Shown piece after piece: positions 61,101-64,000 of a stretch of DNA of 64,000 bases. This stretch comes from Hydrolagus colliei. Its lineage: Eukaryota. A model generated the notes under the pieces. It was given only the letters and a program-made list of their open reading frames with translations. It made no database searches and had not been told where the DNA came from. Numbering within the stretch: position 1 is the stretch's first letter; each line of letters begins with the position of its first letter. Location of the stretch: NCBI GenBank assembly GCA_035084275.1, contig CM068745.1, forward strand, positions 41,602,001 through 41,666,000, given 5' to 3'. The translations under genes and the position numbers were made by a program.

Positions 61101-64000
61101 GAAAGATAAACCTTTTCTTCACTGGACCTGATGCAAATCAAATGAATTTCAGATTGGATTCCGGAGATTCATGCTCAGTAAAGTCCCATTTCTGTATAAT
61201 ATCAATATTAGTTCATAACAACAATCTGTCTTTCCAGAAAGTATTACTGCTGAGTGTCACCATGTTGTCAGTCATTTTACAATTTTTTGGGGGGAGTGCT
61301 GTAAATCTCTTCAGCTTTTAAGACTTTTACAGTACAGAAGGGCAAATAAAACCTATTTAGCATACACAGTGGTACACTTTGGTTATATTTCATAATTTAA
61401 TTTTAGTTTCAAAATTGATAATGACCCTACTTTACTGATGCCAATTTAAAATGTTAAGTGTCCAAGTAATAATGCGAATGTTTCAATACCCAAATACACT
61501 TTTCACTGTCATGAAGTCAGCACACCCGATTGTGCAAGGTAGTGGTGTTAACGCACTGTGATGATAATACTGCATGTAATGTTAAACTTCCAACTGCTGA
61601 TTAGCATTCACACTAAAATTTTGCACACATAAGGGCTACAAGTTAACCTTTAATTTTTCGGGGAGGAATTTATTTTATGTGAACAGAACCAAACCAGTGT
61701 TTAGTGTCACATTCAGTCATTGTTTGAAGTAGTCAATGGATTACTATCTGAAAACACATTCAAGCATGACATTAATGCAGCACTTTGCTTGCCCTGTAAA
61801 TGAATATTAACTCCAAAATTTAAGGTCAGTAAACATTTATGACAAATCTACTGAATTTATTATGCCTTGACATTTGTATTATTGGTTTTATTGATGCATA
61901 CTGAAAATTAATTGATTAATTTTGTTCAAAATTAATTTGAACAAAGCAATTAATTGATTTGTTCTCTGACATGAAATCAATTATATTTTTGTATATCAAA
62001 TTTTTCGATGTAAGTTTCCAATCATTTTCTCACTTTCACACTGTGAACTTTCAACCAGAAGAATGGGCAGAACTATTTTATGAATGGGCCTTTAAACACA
62101 TATTGTCTCTGATCATGCAGTTGCAGATTGAGCAGATTTTTGAAATTGGATTTCAATTTACTGTAAAGCCAGTGGTTTCCACCATCATCAAACTTGGGGC
62201 CTTATTTGACTGCCCTCTTTCAGTTTTGGCTTCCTGATCCAGACTCTCCAATTAGCTAAGTTTAATGGCTGTTCTCGTATTATTTGTTGTGTTAACGGTG
62301 TAGGACTCTTGTTTAATTATAGAGTAATAGTTAATAGAGAGTTGATAGTTTTGGAAACAAAATGCTTCCAAAACTTAGTGTGTGACTTCCAAGAGTAAAA
62401 GTTCATTGATTTTGATATTTTTGATTTCTAATATTTCCCTAAATATCAGCACTGCTTCATCTGAGCCTCCTTTAAACCACAGAATCATTTTATAACTAAT
62501 GAGGAATAAACTCGTGCAACAACAAATATATTTTTTTTAACCAATCAGTTGTTGAAAGAAATGTCACATTCCATTTAAAAACAGAAAGTAAACAATTCTG
62601 GCAAAAATAACTGAAAATGCAGATGTCTAATTCCAGCCTTTGCCAAATTTGATTAATTTCAAAAACAGAATCTGATTGCCTTAAAGACACTTAAGTAACA
62701 ACCAGCCATCGTGTTAGAAGAACAGGCATTAGTGCAGCTTTGCATAGGTACAGTATATCAGCTTCATACATTTTATGGTCATGCACCTTTTTTTAACTAA
62801 TATATTCTCTATTAGCCCAACACTGTCTTGATGGTCATATTTTGTATTTGTTTTAATGTGACTACTGTAGACCAAAAACTTTTAATTTCGCAATATTTAC
62901 CCATCCATATTCCAGTTGCATTTAATTTATTTTGAGACTTGATGAGAAAAGCATATAGTAACTTTAAAGTGATGTCTTGAGTACATCATAAATGAAGTAA
63001 AAATATTGAGACTGCAGTTGCAAAAATATGAAAAAAGATTAGCCTTGGTTACTCGCAGATCATTGTAGATTTGTGGATAAAACCATCTCTTGACTTTAAT
63101 CTGACATTCTCGCGAACTTTTTGTTGCAGCTACTGTTTCCTTTTTATAGTCTGCTTTTTTATTTTTGTAAGCATTTATCTCCATTTAAGGTGAAAATTTA
63201 TCACACATTGTGTACAGATTTTTTTGTTATGGAAAGCACTGGACGAGTTTGCACATCTCCTTTAATAACAGGTGATGTGCAATATTTTTGATTGCTTGCT
63301 GAATGTTTTTTTTATTCCTAATTATAAAACACTAGGATGGTTTTGCATCTTCCATATTTTATGCAAAAACATGTATGTGCCCTATACTTAAAAAAAAGCT
63401 CTAGGTGGCATTTTTCTATGGTTTGTGGAGAATTATCCTTTTGAATTTTAGGAAAATATTTTTTGTTGTATACTATTTTATATTTTTAAAATGATACATT
63501 TATTGGTATAAGACTGTTTTGGTGAAGGAATTAAGTGAAAACGTTGTCTGCCCTTAAGAATGCTGCAGTAACCTGTTTTGAAACTAATTATTGATGTGTG
63601 TTTAATTGGATTTGTCTGTTAATTGTTACAACAGTTTGTATTTACTGCTGTTCCTCTGATGACTAATTAGGGGTTTCTAAGGGCGTTTTTGATTGTCAAA
63701 CACACTGGATTGTGAGTCTTTTGTAATGTGTAGGACTATTTTTGTGATACAAAAAGCAGCACTGCTACGAGCTGTTCCTTTTTCACTGCCATTGTCTTGA
63801 ATCTAAATGAATATGTTCGAAACCTTTGGTAGAACAGTGAAAAGGAAACGCTGGAGATATTTAACACAGATTGCATACCTTTATGGGAGACTGAAGCTTC
63901 TACTTAGTAGCACAATTGTCAATTTTGGCTCCATCAAGTTTTATCTCAGTATTAATATTCTGAGAATTTTGGTCATTTTCTTGTTTGGGCTGAATCAAAT
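52145..64000 (+). other. ZBTB20: Probable long 3'UTR of ZBTB20 (3' end not defined in the window)
   Basis: Follows the stop codon, AT-rich, no credible ORF, almost no recognisable transposons unlike the introns; mammalian ZBTB20 has a very long 3'UTR. True extent needs RNA data. Confidence 0.55.
59480..59805 (+). mobile_element. Ancient CR1 3' fragment, the only repeat I recognise in the presumptive 3'UTR
   Basis: catttcttcactgagatggttgttagg...aattctttaccgcaaatgattgttgagg (HFFTEMVVR..NSLPQMIVE) and gctgaatggcctt...ttctatg 3' end. Confidence 0.6.

Overview
Vertebrate genomic DNA, probably a cartilaginous fish such as a chimaera (inferred from the L2/CR1/DeuSINE/tRNA-SINE repeat content and the protein divergence; not provable here). 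It holds the 3' part of ZBTB20 on the + strand. The large BTB-to-ZF1 exon is 46321-47937 (ATG 46341) and the last coding exon (ZF2-ZF5) is 51786-52144, together giving a 651-aa protein. About 12 kb of almost repeat-free AT-rich sequence follows and looks like the start of a very long 3'UTR. The first 46 kb is repeat-dense intron: decayed L2 and CR1 LINEs, tRNA-headed SINEs, Deu-domain SINE remnants, seven TA-flanked Tigger/pogo-like non-autonomous elements, a Tc2-like element, two nested TIR elements, and five young copies of a hAT non-autonomous family with perfect 8-bp TSDs and a variable G/C minisatellite core. Nearly all other ORFs in the track are repeat or low-complexity artefacts. I found no clearly new multi-gene system. 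The best leads are candidate upstream ZBTB20 exons (a uORF-bearing apparent homologue of the mammalian long-isoform exon at about 34.6 kb and a 96-nt exon with an in-frame ATG at 26.3 kb), the young hAT family with NRF1/YY1-like motifs bracketing the BTB exon, and a nested transposon with a 6-bp TSD. Comparisons to human ZBTB20 are from memory and need checking by alignment.
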